Assembly: GCA_016203205.1 (NCBI GenBank)
Contig: JACQNE010000014.1
Location: 1-32,000, forward strand
Direction: 5' to 3'
DNA length: 32,000 bases
Source: Candidatus Woesearchaeota archaeon
GTDB taxonomy: Archaea > Nanobdellota > Nanobdellia > Woesearchaeales > GW2011-AR9
A program made the translations under genes and the position numbers. The notes beneath the pieces are model-generated. The model worked only from the letters and a program-made list of their open reading frames with translations. It made no database searches and was not told where the DNA came from. Shown piece after piece: positions 31,026-32,000 of the stretch (positions are counted from its first letter, which is position 1; each line of letters opens with the position of its first letter).

Positions 31026-32000
31026 ATGCAGATTTTCGATCTTATTGTCATCGGCGCTGGTTCGGGATTAGATGTGGCAGCAGGAGCGGCAGATGCAGGA
31101 TTAAAAGTTGCGATTATCGAAGATGGGCCTTTAGGAGGAACGTGCCTTAATCGTGGCTGCATCCCTTCCAAGATGATCATTCATTCTGCGGATATGCTGG
31201 AAGCGGCCCAGCATGCTGATAAGATCGGACTCTCACTAAAGGCCGCCCCAGTCAACTTGAAAAGAATAACGGAACGGGCTAGTTCTTTGGTTGACGAAGA
31301 TGCCCATAATATCGAAAAAGGCGTGAAGGCTGCGCAGAACCAAACGCTGTTCAAAGGGAGAGGTGTATTCATTGATGCACAGACAATTGAAGTGAACGGC
31401 GAACAGATCAGAGGAAAGAAAATTGTCATCGCCACCGGTTCACGGCCGTTCATCCCGCCGGTGAAAGGGCTGGATACAGTGCCGTTTCTGACCAGTACAG
31501 AAGCATTGCGCCTCACGACTCTGCCCCAGAGCATGATCATCATCGGAGGAGGGTATATCGGAGCGGAATTAGGCCATTTCTTTTCGGCGATGGGCACGGA
31601 CGTGACGATCGTCCAGCGCAATACGCTGCTCATCCCTCGCGAGGATGGGGAAATTGCCGGTACATTCACCCGGTTATGGATGAAAAGAAGAAAAGTATAT
31701 ACCAATGCGGAGGTCACTGCAGTTTCCCGCTTTGGGGGAAAAGTGCGTGTCCAGTGTATAATGAATGAGAAGAAGAAAATACTTACTGCAGAAAAAATTT
31801 TGGTGGCTGCAGGCGTAAGGCCAAATACAGATTCACTGGGATTAGAACAGGCAGGTGTGCGCATCAATGAAAAAGGATTTGTTCTGGTCAATAGATATTT
31901 AGAAACATCTGCAAAAAACATCTGGGCGCTCGGCGATGTCGTTGGAGAATATCTGTTTAAGCATAGCGCTAACCTGGAAGCGGAATATGTCCTTGACGCA
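31026..32000 (+). CDS. class I pyridine nucleotide-disulfide oxidoreductase (dihydrolipoyl dehydrogenase/mycothione-reductase-like), 3'-partial
   Basis: I translated 325 codons by hand and found no stop before the window edge. Motifs: GAGSGL, redox-active GGTCLNRGCIPSK, second Rossmann IIGGGYIGAELG, and ALGDVVG. The gene is absent from the ORF track because it has no stop inside the window. Confidence 0.85.
   Translation, partial: MQIFDLIVIGAGSGLDVAAGAADAGLKVAIIEDGPLGGTCLNRGCIPSKMIIHSADMLEAAQHADKIGLSLKAAPVNLKRITERASSLVDEDAHNIEKGVKAAQNQTLFKGRGVFIDAQTIEVNGEQIRGKKIVIATGSRPFIPPVKGLDTVPFLTSTEALRLTTLPQSMIIIGGGYIGAELGHFFSAMGTDVTIVQRNTLLIPREDGEIAGTFTRLWMKRRKVYTNAEVTAVSRFGGKVRVQCIMNEKKKILTAEKILVAAGVRPNTDSLGLEQAGVRINEKGFVLVNRYLETSAKNIWALGDVVGEYLFKHSANLEAEYVLDA

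Noticed and set aside
31181-31921. 246-aa minus-strand ORF, plus 30995..31180.
   Set aside because: Both are antisense shadows of the clearly recognisable plus-strand disulfide oxidoreductase gene, and neither has any motif.

Overview
The window looks like a chromosomal segment of an uncultivated archaeon, possibly a small-genome DPANN-like lineage. The lineage call is inference from three things: an archaeal replication factor C large subunit, an archaeal/eukaryotic-type GlyRS, and TATA-like boxes about 20-30 nt upstream of many start codons, which suggests leaderless transcripts. Most of the window is densely packed housekeeping and metabolic genes: glyS, a tandem-module Lrp/AsnC regulator, an aspartate-racemase-like gene, an ABC exporter, rfcL, a CNNM/CorC-type transporter, guaB, valS, two FAD oxidoreductases, a HAD hydrolase, a flavodoxin-like protein, a 2-hydroxyacid dehydrogenase and an M1 aminopeptidase. 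A disulfide oxidoreductase runs off the 3' edge and is absent from the ORF track. No rRNA, tRNA or CRISPR array was found.

The features not explained by ordinary genes are:
1. A 162-bp MITE-like element occurs in three copies, with ~22-bp terminal inverted repeats. One copy has a perfect 9-bp target-site duplication and has rewritten the C-terminus of the HAD gene.
2. Two rod-like palindromic elements share (G)TACGTATT termini and sit just downstream of stop codons. One is bracketed by a perfect 15-bp direct repeat.
3. An AT-rich wHTH + nucleotidyltransferase gene pair at the 5' edge resembles AbiEi/AbiEii.
4. Several small HExxH proteins are present. One is translationally coupled to rfcL. 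Another belongs to a tandem paralog pair with reciprocal loss of the HExxH and CxxC...HxxxxH motifs.
5. An 839-aa secreted cysteine-rich repeat protein carries a C-terminal vWA-like domain.
6. There is an Rmf-like ORF, and two zinc-ribbon genes too short for the ORF track.
7. An AT-rich islet near 30.1-31.0 kb carries a truncated Bro-N-like fragment.

All functional calls rest on motifs read by eye and recalled family signatures. No database search was run.
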